DNA of 35,836 nt from a virus. Lineage: Duplodnaviria; Caudoviricetes. Numbering within the stretch: the first letter of the stretch is position 1; each line of letters starts with the position of its first letter. The notes under the pieces are model-generated. The model did no database searches and was not told where the DNA came from. It was given only the letters and a program-made list of their open reading frames with translations. Below are positions 8,807 to 16,901 of the stretch, one piece after another. The position numbers and the translations under genes are program-made. The stretch covers positions 1 to 35,836 of IMG/VR virus record IMGVR_UViG_3300022844_000011; one strand, given 5' to 3'.

Positions 8807-8833
8807 GCCCCGCTTCGTGTGGGGTCTTTTTTT
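8807..8833 (+). terminator. Rho-independent terminator on the + strand
   Basis: GGCCCCGC-ttcgt-GTGGGGTC followed by a T run. Confidence 0.75.
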
Positions 8834-8860
8834 ACGCTTGTTTTTTAATTTTTGAATTGA

Positions 8861-9016
8861 GCCTCTGAAATTTTTATAAATTTTTGAGACGCGCTAAACA
8901 CCATCAAAAAAACTTGAAAAAATTTGGCGCGGTTTTCGGGCCTCGGAAATTTTATAAAATTTTGAGCGACGCTAAAGGCTGTCAAAAAAACTTGAAAAAA
9001 TTTGACGCCGTTTTGG
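8861..9016. repeat. Imperfect 78-79 bp tandem repeat (2 copies) with phased A/T tracts
   Basis: TCAAAAAAACTTGAAAAAATTTG at 8904 and 8982; palindrome AAATTTTATAAAATTT at 8947-8962. Confidence 0.85.
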
Positions 9017-9291
9017 AGAGGCTGGGAAAATGAAACTTTTGCGACCACCCCTGAGAGTGAGCGTTTACGCGGCCTGTAGACTGCCAGTTTCTTTGCGACC
9101 CTTTTTCTTAATTCGCGTTCAATTTGCGAAAAATTAAAGTGGCACTGAAAAAAGACGAAAACTTTTTCACTTAAAAAATTAAATTGGAATTGGGCTGGTA
9201 TTTCCAAAAATTTGGAGTCGCGGCTTTCAGCGGACAAGTTTTTTTCCTCTTAAAAAGTTTTGACCGCTTTAGAGCATCCCAAAAAACGAAA

Positions 9292-9660
9292 TTATTTGAC
9301 GTTTCTCATGCTTACCTGCTTTGATCTCTCAGTCTCCCACTTAGCCTCTGAGATTCTCATTATCCGTTTTGCGGTTTCAGCCTTTACCCCCAAAGTCATA
9401 GACTCAAGGTAGCGTGATTCCCAATCAGTGTGAGTGCGAGTCAATCCCTCTGCCATAACACCTGATGCCTTGTTTCTCATGTGCGCCATCTTGATTGTAG
9501 CCTCCCATGCTTTAAAGCTGGATTCAACCGCGACTAGTAATAGCTGGGCAGTCTCATAATCCTCAATTGATCTTTGCCACGCATCAATGCACCGATCAAG
9601 CGGGTCAGCTTTCGGCGGGGTATACTGCTGACCCCTGTATGTATCATATTCATTGTTCAT
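9292..9660 (-). CDS. Hypothetical helical/coiled-coil protein
   Basis: 122 aa ORF overlapping the upstream HTH gene. Confidence 0.7.
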   Translation of the reverse strand: MNNEYDTYRGQQYTPPKADPLDRCIDAWQRSIEDYETAQLLLVAVESSFKAWEATIKMAHMRNKASGVMAEGLTRTHTDWESRYLESMTLGVKAETAKRIMRISEAKWETERSKQVSMRNVK

Positions 9661-9901
9661 CTCGCTTTCTCCTTAGCAATTCATCCATGCTCACATCAAA
9701 AAACTCCGCGATCTCCTGAACCACCGTCACCCTAGGGTTAGATATTAGAGATAGCATTCTACTGATAGCTGGTTGCGGAACTCCAGTGCCTCTGGATATG
9801 TCGCTCTGGCTAACTTGATGCTCCCGCATTAGTCTAAATACGTTGCGGGATAGAGCCTGTCGCCTGTGTTTTTCCTGCGCGTTTCTCATCCTATTCATCA
9901 C
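9650..9901 (-). CDS. XRE-family HTH transcriptional regulator
   Basis: VSQSDISRGTGVPQPAISR...NP....IAEFFDVSMDELL. Confidence 0.85.
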   Translation of the reverse strand: MMNRMRNAQEKHRRQALSRNVFRLMREHQVSQSDISRGTGVPQPAISRMLSLISNPRVTVVQEIAEFFDVSMDELLRRKRDEQ

Positions 9902-9907
9902 TTTCTC

Positions 9908-10228
9908 CTATTTCATTAAAAATTTAATGTCGTTAATGCAATCCACATTGACCTGCTGTGTCGTATACCTTAGAACCCGCCATCCGTGAATTAATGCCGC
10001 GTTATATTTAATACAATCTGATGAGTATCCTGCGCCCCTAGTGTGGCGACCCTTAGAATAAACGCCCCCCTCCACTTCAACCGCCAGCTTCAACATGGAT
10101 GGTATATCCCCAATCACGAAGTCAAAGCGCCACTTCCTAGTCGGATGGAACCTAAATTCTCTGTGGAATGGTATCTTGTAGTGCTTCAATAACATCACCA
10201 GCGCACCCTCGCCCGTCACTTTAGTCAT
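9908..10228 (-). CDS. PD-(D/E)XK (Vsr/DUF559-like) endonuclease
   Basis: EFRFHPTRKWRFDF, AVEVEGG, H, KYN and GWRVLRY motifs; start trimmed to the ATG overlapping the primase stop. Confidence 0.8.
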   Translation of the reverse strand: MTKVTGEGALVMLLKHYKIPFHREFRFHPTRKWRFDFVIGDIPSMLKLAVEVEGGVYSKGRHTRGAGYSSDCIKYNAALIHGWRVLRYTTQQVNVDCINDIKFLMK

Positions 10229-11924
10229 GCCGACTGCCTCCGTATCCATAGTTTTCTGGCGGTGGCTCAACAAATGATCGGCTGGAGTCGTCAAAATTAA
10301 ATACCGCCTCACCTATCTGGCCGTACATTCCCTGCTCTCTAATTTTTCGGGTTATGACCCTACTGCTGTTATTATCAAAGTCTCTATGCACCACCACCAC
10401 CGCATCCGCTTGGTTGTGCCAGTGAGCCGCGCCGCTGATGTCATAGGCTGTGGGAGCTTGGTATCCGTTGTGGTCTTTCTGTAACTTGGTCGGGTGAGCC
10501 ACTACCCATGTCACGATGTCATACATCTTGCAAAACCTTTTGCACTTGCTAATGAAGTCGCGGATATGCTCATCCTCTCGGTAGCTTCCTTTCCTGCTAG
10601 CATCCACCTCATTGTAGGGGTCTATTACTATCCCATTGCATCCGAACTTCTGGATACTAACCTTGGCAAGCTCAAGAATTTTATCTATGGTCGGGATGTG
10701 CTCTCTGGTTTCAATAAAATAAAAGTGCTTTTGTATCCAGCGCATACCCTCAGTCGCTTCTTTCTCCGTCATTCTGCCATTGAAACCCTCATCAAATGGC
10801 TTTGCGTTATACATCTGCAAGAGCCTCCGAATATGCATCTTTGTTGACTGCTCTGGGGAGAAAATCACAAACTTCCATTTCTGGTTTTTCGCAAGCTGTA
10901 ACAAGCATTGATCTAAGAATGTACTCTTGCCGTGATTAGGTATCCCCGTCCAAACATGGAAGGTTCCCTTCATAACCTTGTATATCTTATCTAACGAATG
11001 GTATCCAATGTTTACGGGCTTGGCATAATTGCCCCTATATAAATCCATGACCTCCTTGTAATAATTCCCCACCGTATAGAGCCCATCAACTGGGCAGGGT
11101 CTAGCGTTTTGTATCAACTCATAAAGGTATTCTTTGCCGTGAACCAGTAACACCTCATTGGCATCATTACATCCTTTTGGCGGGACAACGTACCAACATT
11201 TGACCTTGCCGTACCTATGCAACAACTCCAGTTTTAGGTTGTCCCCCGCTCCATCGGCATCGCAAAACAAAATTATCTTGTTTGCTTTGAGGGGGTGGGT
11301 CTGTAGGCATTGGAATCGCCTATCGTTTTCTTTGTATGCCGCTTTAGCTGGAGCCCCATCTGGCAGGGTGGTCACTGCATAAAACCCGCACTCATGGGCC
11401 GTCAGCACATCTAATTCGCCCTCAACAAATAAAACCGTATCTGCCTCCGCTACTGCTTGATAGTTGTAAAGTGATTTAACTGGGTCTTTGCTTTGCCTGA
11501 ACCTTTTTACCGTTGTATTTTTATATTTGATGTTGTCGCACTTGCCCGACTCGCCGTTATAGGGAAAAGCTATCCACGTTTCCTTTTCTGAAAATGTACT
11601 AAATGCCTCATAAGTCTCTTTTGAAATGCCCCTTGATTTAAAATAATCATCTAAGAATGACGATGAGCTTAAAACAAAGTCTTTCCGCATTGGCTGGGCT
11701 TTCCTAGGTGTGCCAGACAATGCGCTTTTAGCCATGACCCCGCCTTTACTTTCGCAGTGGTGGCAGAAGAAAATTATCTTATCCATACTTATCTCTACGG
11801 ATAACGGCCTATCGTTTGAGTCATGGGGTGGTTGGCATTCTGGGCATTTGATCTTGTAATTACCCTCGTCTAAGTGGTTGCACTTTATTCCATGCTTTTC
11901 AAATATCTCATCCTGCAAGGTCAT
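10221..11924 (-). CDS. Primase-helicase, T7 gp4/Twinkle type
   Basis: Zn finger CPEC..CHHC, TOPRIM VEGELD and DADGAG, SF4 helicase GIPNHGKST, VIDPYN, VVAHP and DISG motifs. Confidence 0.92.
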   Translation of the reverse strand: MTLQDEIFEKHGIKCNHLDEGNYKIKCPECQPPHDSNDRPLSVEISMDKIIFFCHHCESKGGVMAKSALSGTPRKAQPMRKDFVLSSSSFLDDYFKSRGISKETYEAFSTFSEKETWIAFPYNGESGKCDNIKYKNTTVKRFRQSKDPVKSLYNYQAVAEADTVLFVEGELDVLTAHECGFYAVTTLPDGAPAKAAYKENDRRFQCLQTHPLKANKIILFCDADGAGDNLKLELLHRYGKVKCWYVVPPKGCNDANEVLLVHGKEYLYELIQNARPCPVDGLYTVGNYYKEVMDLYRGNYAKPVNIGYHSLDKIYKVMKGTFHVWTGIPNHGKSTFLDQCLLQLAKNQKWKFVIFSPEQSTKMHIRRLLQMYNAKPFDEGFNGRMTEKEATEGMRWIQKHFYFIETREHIPTIDKILELAKVSIQKFGCNGIVIDPYNEVDASRKGSYREDEHIRDFISKCKRFCKMYDIVTWVVAHPTKLQKDHNGYQAPTAYDISGAAHWHNQADAVVVVHRDFDNNSSRVITRKIREQGMYGQIGEAVFNFDDSSRSFVEPPPENYGYGGSRHD

Positions 11925-12294
11925 TTTTAGTCCTTTTATTTCGTGATGGCGGGTTTCTATAATGTATATCTAATGTATTGGCGGACACTGGTGGCCTAAG
12001 TGGGTGGACACTGGTGGCCGAGGTAGGGTGGACGCTGGTGTCCATACCCAGTTTGTACATATTTGTTTTTCCAAAGCGTTTTTGTATCGTGATATACCCC
12101 AAATCTTCAAGGGTAGATATGCACCTACGCACTGATCTGTCAGAGACACAACATATTTCGGCAAGGTGTTTTTCGGATGGAAAGCATCTGTGTGTTCGTT
12201 TGTTTGCGTAATTAGCAAGCATGAACAGCACTAATTTAGTAGTCGGGGTCGGGCAGGTAAGGGGTCTTACCCAATTAATTGCGTCTGTACTCAT
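11908..12294 (-). CDS. Short HTH replication-initiator-like protein (lambda O / HTH_36-like N-terminus)
   Basis: KLVL..LANYAN...CFPS.K.LA.....SDRSVRRCI..LEDLGYI pattern; lies between cro and the helicase; contains iterons. Confidence 0.8.
   Translation of the reverse strand: MSTDAINWVRPLTCPTPTTKLVLFMLANYANKRTHRCFPSEKHLAEICCVSDRSVRRCISTLEDLGYITIQKRFGKTNMYKLGMDTSVHPTSATSVHPLRPPVSANTLDIHYRNPPSRNKRTKNDLAG
11954..12043. repeat. Putative replication origin: three 14-bp iterons plus AT-rich segment
   Basis: GGACACTGGTGGCC at 11983 and 12006, GGACGCTGGTGTCC at 12030; AT-rich 11954-11979. Confidence 0.7.
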
Positions 12295-12296
12295 AA

Positions 12297-12309
12297 GCCC
12301 ATTATGGGC
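12297..12309. promoter_or_regulatory. Putative operator GCCCATTATGGGC (most symmetric copy)
   Basis: Palindromic member of the repeated 13-bp motif; directly upstream of the initiator ATG. Confidence 0.55.
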
Positions 12310-12319
12310 GTATTATTTA

Positions 12320-12529
12320 TTATTGCAAGAGGTAAAAGTCGTTTGGCTCAACATTGCCTTGAGTTGCATTATGGATTACTTTCATGTCCTCGGTTCTAGG
12401 AATTCTTTGACCACTGCACCACTTCACCAGAGCGTGATAGCTAAACTCTGCCGAGTGATCTTGACGAGCAACTTCAAGGAATTGCTTTTGAGTCATTTTA
12501 TTTTCTTTAAGCCAAGCTGATAATTTCAT
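12320..12529 (-). CDS. Cro-like HTH regulator
   Basis: MKLSAWL...TQ..F...KW..G.RIP......I...T.G.V..NDFY pattern; first gene of the replication operon. Confidence 0.8.
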   Translation of the reverse strand: MKLSAWLKENKMTQKQFLEVARQDHSAEFSYHALVKWCSGQRIPRTEDMKVIHNATQGNVEPNDFYLLQ

Positions 12530-12598
12530 AAGTCCACCGCAATAATCTCCACTGGACAAAAGCGCTGATTTTTAGCTTACTTTGTCCACCTAAATAGC

Positions 12599-12645
12599 AT
12601 GGTATCAAATAAGCTCTTGCATAACAACCCATATTGTCCCATAAT
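12599..12645. promoter_or_regulatory. Overlapping divergent promoters (+: TTGCAT-17-CATAAT, 12617-12645; -: TTGTTA-17-TACCAT, 12627-12599) with operator-like ACCCATATTGTCC
   Basis: Direct motif match at the strand switch. Confidence 0.6.
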
Positions 12646-12785
12646 TAGCCCATTAACTGATATAAGGTGCATGACGTATGGCGAACTCCCCCCCGAACAA
12701 ACCCAACTTAACGCAAACCCCCATCACTGGGAGGCACCCTGTACTTGCGCCTAACGGCGGTGACAACCTTGAGGGTAATGATACT

Positions 12786-13523
12786 ATGCAAGACATAAAA
12801 ACGAATGACGCGCTCATTGCGGCGCTATTAGAGGCACAAAAGAACATTGGCCACGCTAACAAAAACGGCAAGAACCCTTATTTTACAAGTGACTACGCTA
12901 CCCTTGAGGAAGTCATTACCACTGTAAAGGGGCCGCTAAATAAAGAGGGCGTATTTTTTCAGCAAATTAGCCATGCCTCAGATTACGGAGTTTCTGTTGA
13001 GACTATATTTTATGGACATGGTAGCTCTTTACCGACTGGGCCTTTCAATGTGCCTACAGATAAGCGTGACCCCCAAGGATATGGCTCTGCCCTAACGTAT
13101 GCAAAAAGATACAGCCTGTCTATGGCTTGCGGAATTGGCCATCAGAAAGATGATGATGCTGAGAGCGCGATGATAGATAGAAAGAAAAGCGACCCAGTAT
13201 ATAGCGCCCCCCAGCGAACTTTTGCCCAAGACAGCGCAGGCACTCAAGCGGCTAAGGCAATGACGGCTCATGTTGACACTAAAACGATTTACAAAATAAT
13301 GTCAGGCGACCAAATGATTGAGGCTAGTACAGGAGAAAGTGACTTCTTGACTCAGTGCAGAAAGCATCTAGGGGTTCCCAATACGATGGCCTGTAAAGAT
13401 ATTTATAACTCGGAAACCAAAGATCATATAAAAGCCGCTCTGTGGCAAAGCACGGATGGGAGCCAAATTAAAAACAGTTTCCAGCAACTAATCAACCTAT
13501 ATGAAAAGGCGGTGCCATTATGA
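12786..13523 (+). CDS. erf: ERF-family single-strand annealing protein
   Basis: KNGKNPYF.S.YA.L, PQGYGSALTYAKRYSL and DDDA motifs; start trimmed to ATG 12786 after GAGGGT. Confidence 0.9.
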   Translation: MQDIKTNDALIAALLEAQKNIGHANKNGKNPYFTSDYATLEEVITTVKGPLNKEGVFFQQISHASDYGVSVETIFYGHGSSLPTGPFNVPTDKRDPQGYGSALTYAKRYSLSMACGIGHQKDDDAESAMIDRKKSDPVYSAPQRTFAQDSAGTQAAKAMTAHVDTKTIYKIMSGDQMIEASTGESDFLTQCRKHLGVPNTMACKDIYNSETKDHIKAALWQSTDGSQIKNSFQQLINLYEKAVPL

Positions 13524-13828
13524 AATTAGGATTAACGGATTACCTTTTTGAGCTAATGTCTGACGGAATGCCTTGGACTTTTTGGGATTTGCAAGAAACC
13601 ATGAGTAGGCGATACGGTTGTTTTTATGGTGAACCTACAATTAGCGCGGGGCTGAGGACGCTTAGACATTATGACAAAAGAAAGAAGTTTGATTTGCCGC
13701 TAACTGGGGAAATTTTGCTTAAAGAGCGAACCCGCTTTTTTGATGGCACACTAGGGAGAGGCTATCAATACAGGCTGATTAAGACCAGCGAATTTCAATA
13801 TAATTTACTAACCGAGGATGTATTATGA
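13520..13828 (+). CDS. Hypothetical protein, possibly winged helix
   Basis: ATGA-coupled on both sides. Confidence 0.7.
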   Translation: MKLGLTDYLFELMSDGMPWTFWDLQETMSRRYGCFYGEPTISAGLRTLRHYDKRKKFDLPLTGEILLKERTRFFDGTLGRGYQYRLIKTSEFQYNLLTEDVL

Positions 13829-14310
13829 GTGACAACAATGATGAGTTAAAAGGCGCGTTTTTTGTAGACGGCAATTGCCAGATTATGAGTAAGGGCACCA
13901 TCACGATTAATGGAGCGACTAGATACGCCTCGCTTATAAAGTCTAAGACACAAACAGGCGAAGAAATTTATGAGGTGGTGGTCTCGGCTGGCAGGGTGTT
14001 TTATAACCCGCCTGAGAAAAAGCAAAACGAGAAAGGCCCAGACCTGAGCGGAAACGTGACTATAGATGGGCTAGCCTATAAGTTTGGAGCTTGGAGCAAT
14101 GTCGCTAAGTCAGGACAGAACTACTTGGGAATACAGATGCAACCAAAGGAAAACAGCAATAGTCCATTTGCGGGCCAGCAGAACCAGCAACCGCCGCAAC
14201 AAAATCATCAACCGCCGCAACAAAATTATGCGCCGCCGCCCCAAAAAAGCAGTCCAGAACAAGGCTCGCCGCAACCTAAGAACGACTTTGACGAAGATGT
14301 CCCCTTTTAG
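13825..14310 (+). CDS. Putative ssDNA-binding protein (DUF736-like) with Q/P linker and acidic DFDEDVPF tail
   Basis: PDLSG.....G...GAW....KSG..YL motif; SSB-type C-terminus; next to erf. Confidence 0.7.
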   Translation: MSDNNDELKGAFFVDGNCQIMSKGTITINGATRYASLIKSKTQTGEEIYEVVVSAGRVFYNPPEKKQNEKGPDLSGNVTIDGLAYKFGAWSNVAKSGQNYLGIQMQPKENSNSPFAGQQNQQPPQQNHQPPQQNYAPPPQKSSPEQGSPQPKNDFDEDVPF

Positions 14311-14347
14311 ATTTGTACCATTCTAGTTAATGCCGCTTGGTCGCCCT

Positions 14348-14367
14348 AACCCCTTAATTGGGGTTTT
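14348..14367 (+). terminator. Hairpin / probable terminator
   Basis: AACCCC-ttaatt-GGGGTT followed by TT. Confidence 0.55.
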
Positions 14368-14399
14368 CGGGTACAAGAAAACTATCTAAGGTGATTAAA

Positions 14400-15146
14400 A
14401 TGGAATTAAGTATTTACGTTGAACAATTAGACCCAGCAGTAATTTTCAAATCTGGCGGCATGGATGGGGTGCTAGAAAAGATACGGCTTGAGGTTGACGG
14501 GTTTGTCCCTGACCTAACAAGTGACAAGGGGCGCAAGGAAATTGCAAGTCTAGCGCACAAAGTGAGCAAATCTAAAACCGTTATTGACGCATACGGGAAA
14601 ACTCTAGCTGATCAATTGAACGCTAGGATAAGGCCCATCAATAACGAGCGCAAAAAGTGTCGTGACCAACTGGACGAACTCAGAGATTATATTCGCAAGC
14701 CCCTAACTGATTGGGAGGAAGAGGTCAGGATTAGGATTGAAAAGGAGGATTTAGCCGCTGACATAGCAAAGTGCCTTGAAAATGCCTATCTAATAAATGA
14801 CATCTTTGACCGTGACCTAGCTGACCAATTAGCTAAAGAAGAAGCGTTGGCCAAGAGTGCGGAAGATGATAGGGTCAAGGCTCAGGAAGAACGAGATAAT
14901 GCGATCAGAGCTGAGGCTTTAGAAAATGCGGGATACGTCAATGTACCCATAGAGGGTCCGCATGATAACCTTCAACCTAAGCCAGAACCTTTAAGTTCAT
15001 CCAATATAAATGATGCCCACAAAGCAAAGGTCAACAACATGATTCTTCAAAAATTTGTTGAAATGGGTGTCCCAGCGACCACTGCAAAGCAAATAATATT
15101 AGATATACATCGGGGCGAATGGCCGCACGTTTCAATAACCTACTAA
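14400..15146 (+). CDS. Lambdoid-phage coiled-coil hypothetical protein
   Basis: VPDL...KGRKEIASLA.KVSKSKT..D and R.PLTDWE motifs; start trimmed to ATG 14400. Confidence 0.75.
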   Translation: MELSIYVEQLDPAVIFKSGGMDGVLEKIRLEVDGFVPDLTSDKGRKEIASLAHKVSKSKTVIDAYGKTLADQLNARIRPINNERKKCRDQLDELRDYIRKPLTDWEEEVRIRIEKEDLAADIAKCLENAYLINDIFDRDLADQLAKEEALAKSAEDDRVKAQEERDNAIRAEALENAGYVNVPIEGPHDNLQPKPEPLSSSNINDAHKAKVNNMILQKFVEMGVPATTAKQIILDIHRGEWPHVSITY

Positions 15147-15164
15147 TCACCCTAGGCGAACACG

Positions 15165-15479
15165 ATGAAAAAGATCAGAAAGAAAGATTCGGACAGATTC
15201 AAGGATAGGGCTCATCTTGAGTTTGTCGCTGATCTTGAGTGTTGCGTAAAAGATACCTCATGCAACGGACCAACCCAAGCGCACCACCTGATGAAACCTT
15301 GGGTCGGGACGCGAGGCATGGGGATGAGAGCAGACGACAGAAACGCCATCCCCTTATGCTTTTTTCACCACTCCCAGCTTCACGTTAAATTCGGCAATGA
15401 GTTTAAATTCTTCGCCCGATACTTTAGATCAGAAACCTACGGCCAAGAACTCGCTCAATCTCTCTACGAAAATAAATAA
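15165..15479 (+). CDS. DUF968/Ref-like Zn-binding HNH-type protein
   Basis: HL.FV..L.CCV, AHH, GMG...DD..AIPLC..HH motifs. Confidence 0.75.
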   Translation: MKKIRKKDSDRFKDRAHLEFVADLECCVKDTSCNGPTQAHHLMKPWVGTRGMGMRADDRNAIPLCFFHHSQLHVKFGNEFKFFARYFRSETYGQELAQSLYENK

Positions 15480-15485
15480 ATAAAA

Positions 15486-15566
15486 GCCCATTTTGTGCTT
15501 GCACACCACCTAAATGTTTGCTATATTAAACGTACTTAATAAATAACTTAATAAAAGGTACTTGAA
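15486..15566 (+). promoter_or_regulatory. Operator GCCCATTTTGTGC, promoter TTGCAC-17-TATATT (extended -10 TG) and leader AATAAAAGGTACTTGA
   Basis: Direct motif; leader shared with the 570-638 and 20555-20621 cassettes. Confidence 0.75.
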
Positions 15567-15567
15567 A

Positions 15568-15777
15568 ATGGAAAATTATTTTAGAACTTTAAACGCTACG
15601 CGGAAAATGCACCAATTAGAACAGGTGGCTAAGGGTCGCAGGTTTGTAGATAAAACCGCGCTTAGGAAAAAAATGGAAGGGGCGCTAAAACGGCACCACG
15701 GAATTGTAGCCGAAGCCAGCTTTATCATAAGCATTTACAACGATGGGAGAACGAATTATGAACAGTTTATTGGATAG
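15568..15777 (+). CDS. Hypothetical early protein
   Basis: Follows the promoter/leader cassette. Confidence 0.7.
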   Translation: MENYFRTLNATRKMHQLEQVAKGRRFVDKTALRKKMEGALKRHHGIVAEASFIISIYNDGRTNYEQFIG

Positions 15778-16111
15778 CTCAAACTATGTGCCAATCACCA
15801 TATTAAGACAAATTAGATGCGGACAAGATAACAAAGGCACTAGCGGAATTGAAATGATGATGTGCTGGGCTTTCCAGAACCCTTGGGGAGAGTCTAAAAT
15901 TACCGATGCAGGGTATGGGTTTTTAGAATTCACTGTTGATGGGGCGCTATTCAAAGGCGAGGTAAGAGTGACTTTAACCCTCAGTGATACCTACACCATC
16001 ACCTTTATTGATAACCTGAACACTCAGGAGGTGGTAGTTGAGACCATTACTGGTGTGTGTTTCCCAGAACTGCCTGAAACAATTGACCGCTACGTAGAGT
16101 CTGGACAATGA
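15758..16111 (+). CDS. Conserved-looking hypothetical phage protein
   Basis: GGAG RBS; F.V.G..FKG.V.V.L..SDTY motif. Confidence 0.7.
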   Translation: MNSLLDSSNYVPITILRQIRCGQDNKGTSGIEMMMCWAFQNPWGESKITDAGYGFLEFTVDGALFKGEVRVTLTLSDTYTITFIDNLNTQEVVVETITGVCFPELPETIDRYVESGQ

Positions 16112-16407
16112 GCGCCCCTAGCCCCTTTACGATAACCAACATGGATAACGATACTATTGTGGTTATTTCTGGCCAAGCCGTGACACTTGCGGAAGCTCAG
16201 AAGTTTGTTGATGGCTACGTTCAGCTAATCACCCTAGGCGATGGCTCTCAGGCTTTAATGAACGAGGACAGCAGGGGTCGCGATGGAAACCGACTGCTAC
16301 CCAATAAAGCCGCTACCGCGATGCTAAAACCAGAGGGTGTCGCAATGTCTTCAACTGGGATTCGCGGGAATGTGTTAATACTTAAAAACGGATACCGCTG
16401 GACGTAG
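16108..16407 (+). CDS. DUF3846-like protein
   Basis: L.EAQ.FV.GY.Q, MNE, PN..AT and I.GNVLI motifs. Confidence 0.7.
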   Translation: MSAPSPFTITNMDNDTIVVISGQAVTLAEAQKFVDGYVQLITLGDGSQALMNEDSRGRDGNRLLPNKAATAMLKPEGVAMSSTGIRGNVLILKNGYRWT

Positions 16408-16447
16408 CACAAAATGGGCTTGTTTATCAGGCCAAAAAGTTTATAAT
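16407..16447 (+). promoter_or_regulatory. Operator GCACAAAATGGGC and promoter TTGTTT-16-TATAAT
   Basis: 16406-16421 is the exact reverse complement of 15484-15499; AAAGGAG RBS follows. Confidence 0.7.
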
Positions 16448-16470
16448 ATAAAACAGAAAGGAGATTTATT

Positions 16471-16722
16471 GTGGCAAAGTTTTTTAATTTTGAGCAGTTT
16501 GAAGATTCGTTTAAGGCTAATGAAGTCGCCAAAGGCATCACTGAGTTAGTTGTTAATGATTTAGTGCTGACTAGCATAAAACATAACTATCCTGAATTTG
16601 TGGCTGAGTACGGAAATAAAGATGCCGACATTAAAATGGCCTCTATATTTGGCGAGGCTTGGGAGAAAAATAAAGAGGTTGTCTGGCAGTGGTTTGATAG
16701 CTCCGCTGGAGTTGTGGCATGA
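16471..16722 (+). CDS. Hypothetical protein
   Basis: GTG start with AAGGAG RBS. Confidence 0.75.
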   Translation: MAKFFNFEQFEDSFKANEVAKGITELVVNDLVLTSIKHNYPEFVAEYGNKDADIKMASIFGEAWEKNKEVVWQWFDSSAGVVA

Positions 16723-16901
16723 CTAGGGCGGTGTTGACTCTAAATAGACAAGAGGTTTATGTGCTACTTGAGGCGGTGATAGATCGCAAAGCAAGCGTTA
16801 GAAACTTGCCGACCTTAACCGCAGAGCTAGATGAGATACAGAAAGCCTTGACTGTGGCGGCTAAGAAGTTTGCTTTGGACTCATCCAATGACATTAACTA
16901 A
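16719..16901 (+). CDS. Hypothetical protein
   Basis: ATGA-coupled to the upstream gene. Confidence 0.65.
   Translation: MTRAVLTLNRQEVYVLLEAVIDRKASVRNLPTLTAELDEIQKALTVAAKKFALDSSNDIN

Noticed and set aside
8777-8867. 30-aa hydrophobic + strand ORF (MRVWIVVSP...) as a type I toxin
   Set aside because: No RBS and it runs through the terminator; hydrophobicity derives from T runs
8845-9237. 130-aa minus-strand ORF with a repeated KFFQVFL segment
   Set aside because: F/K-rich translation of A/T tracts; the protein repeat mirrors the 78-bp DNA repeat; no RBS; more likely non-coding
11983-12043. Three short repeats as a mini-CRISPR
   Set aside because: Spacers are only 9-10 bp; location within the initiator gene next to an AT-rich tract fits iterons
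14180-14250. 21-bp tandem repeats (CAACCGCCGCAACAAAAT)
   Set aside because: Encodes an ordinary Gln/Pro linker of an SSB-like protein
15484-16421. 16-bp inverted repeats as ends of an IS or invertible segment
   Set aside because: No transposase or recombinase inside; the same motif recurs at other promoters, which fits an operator better
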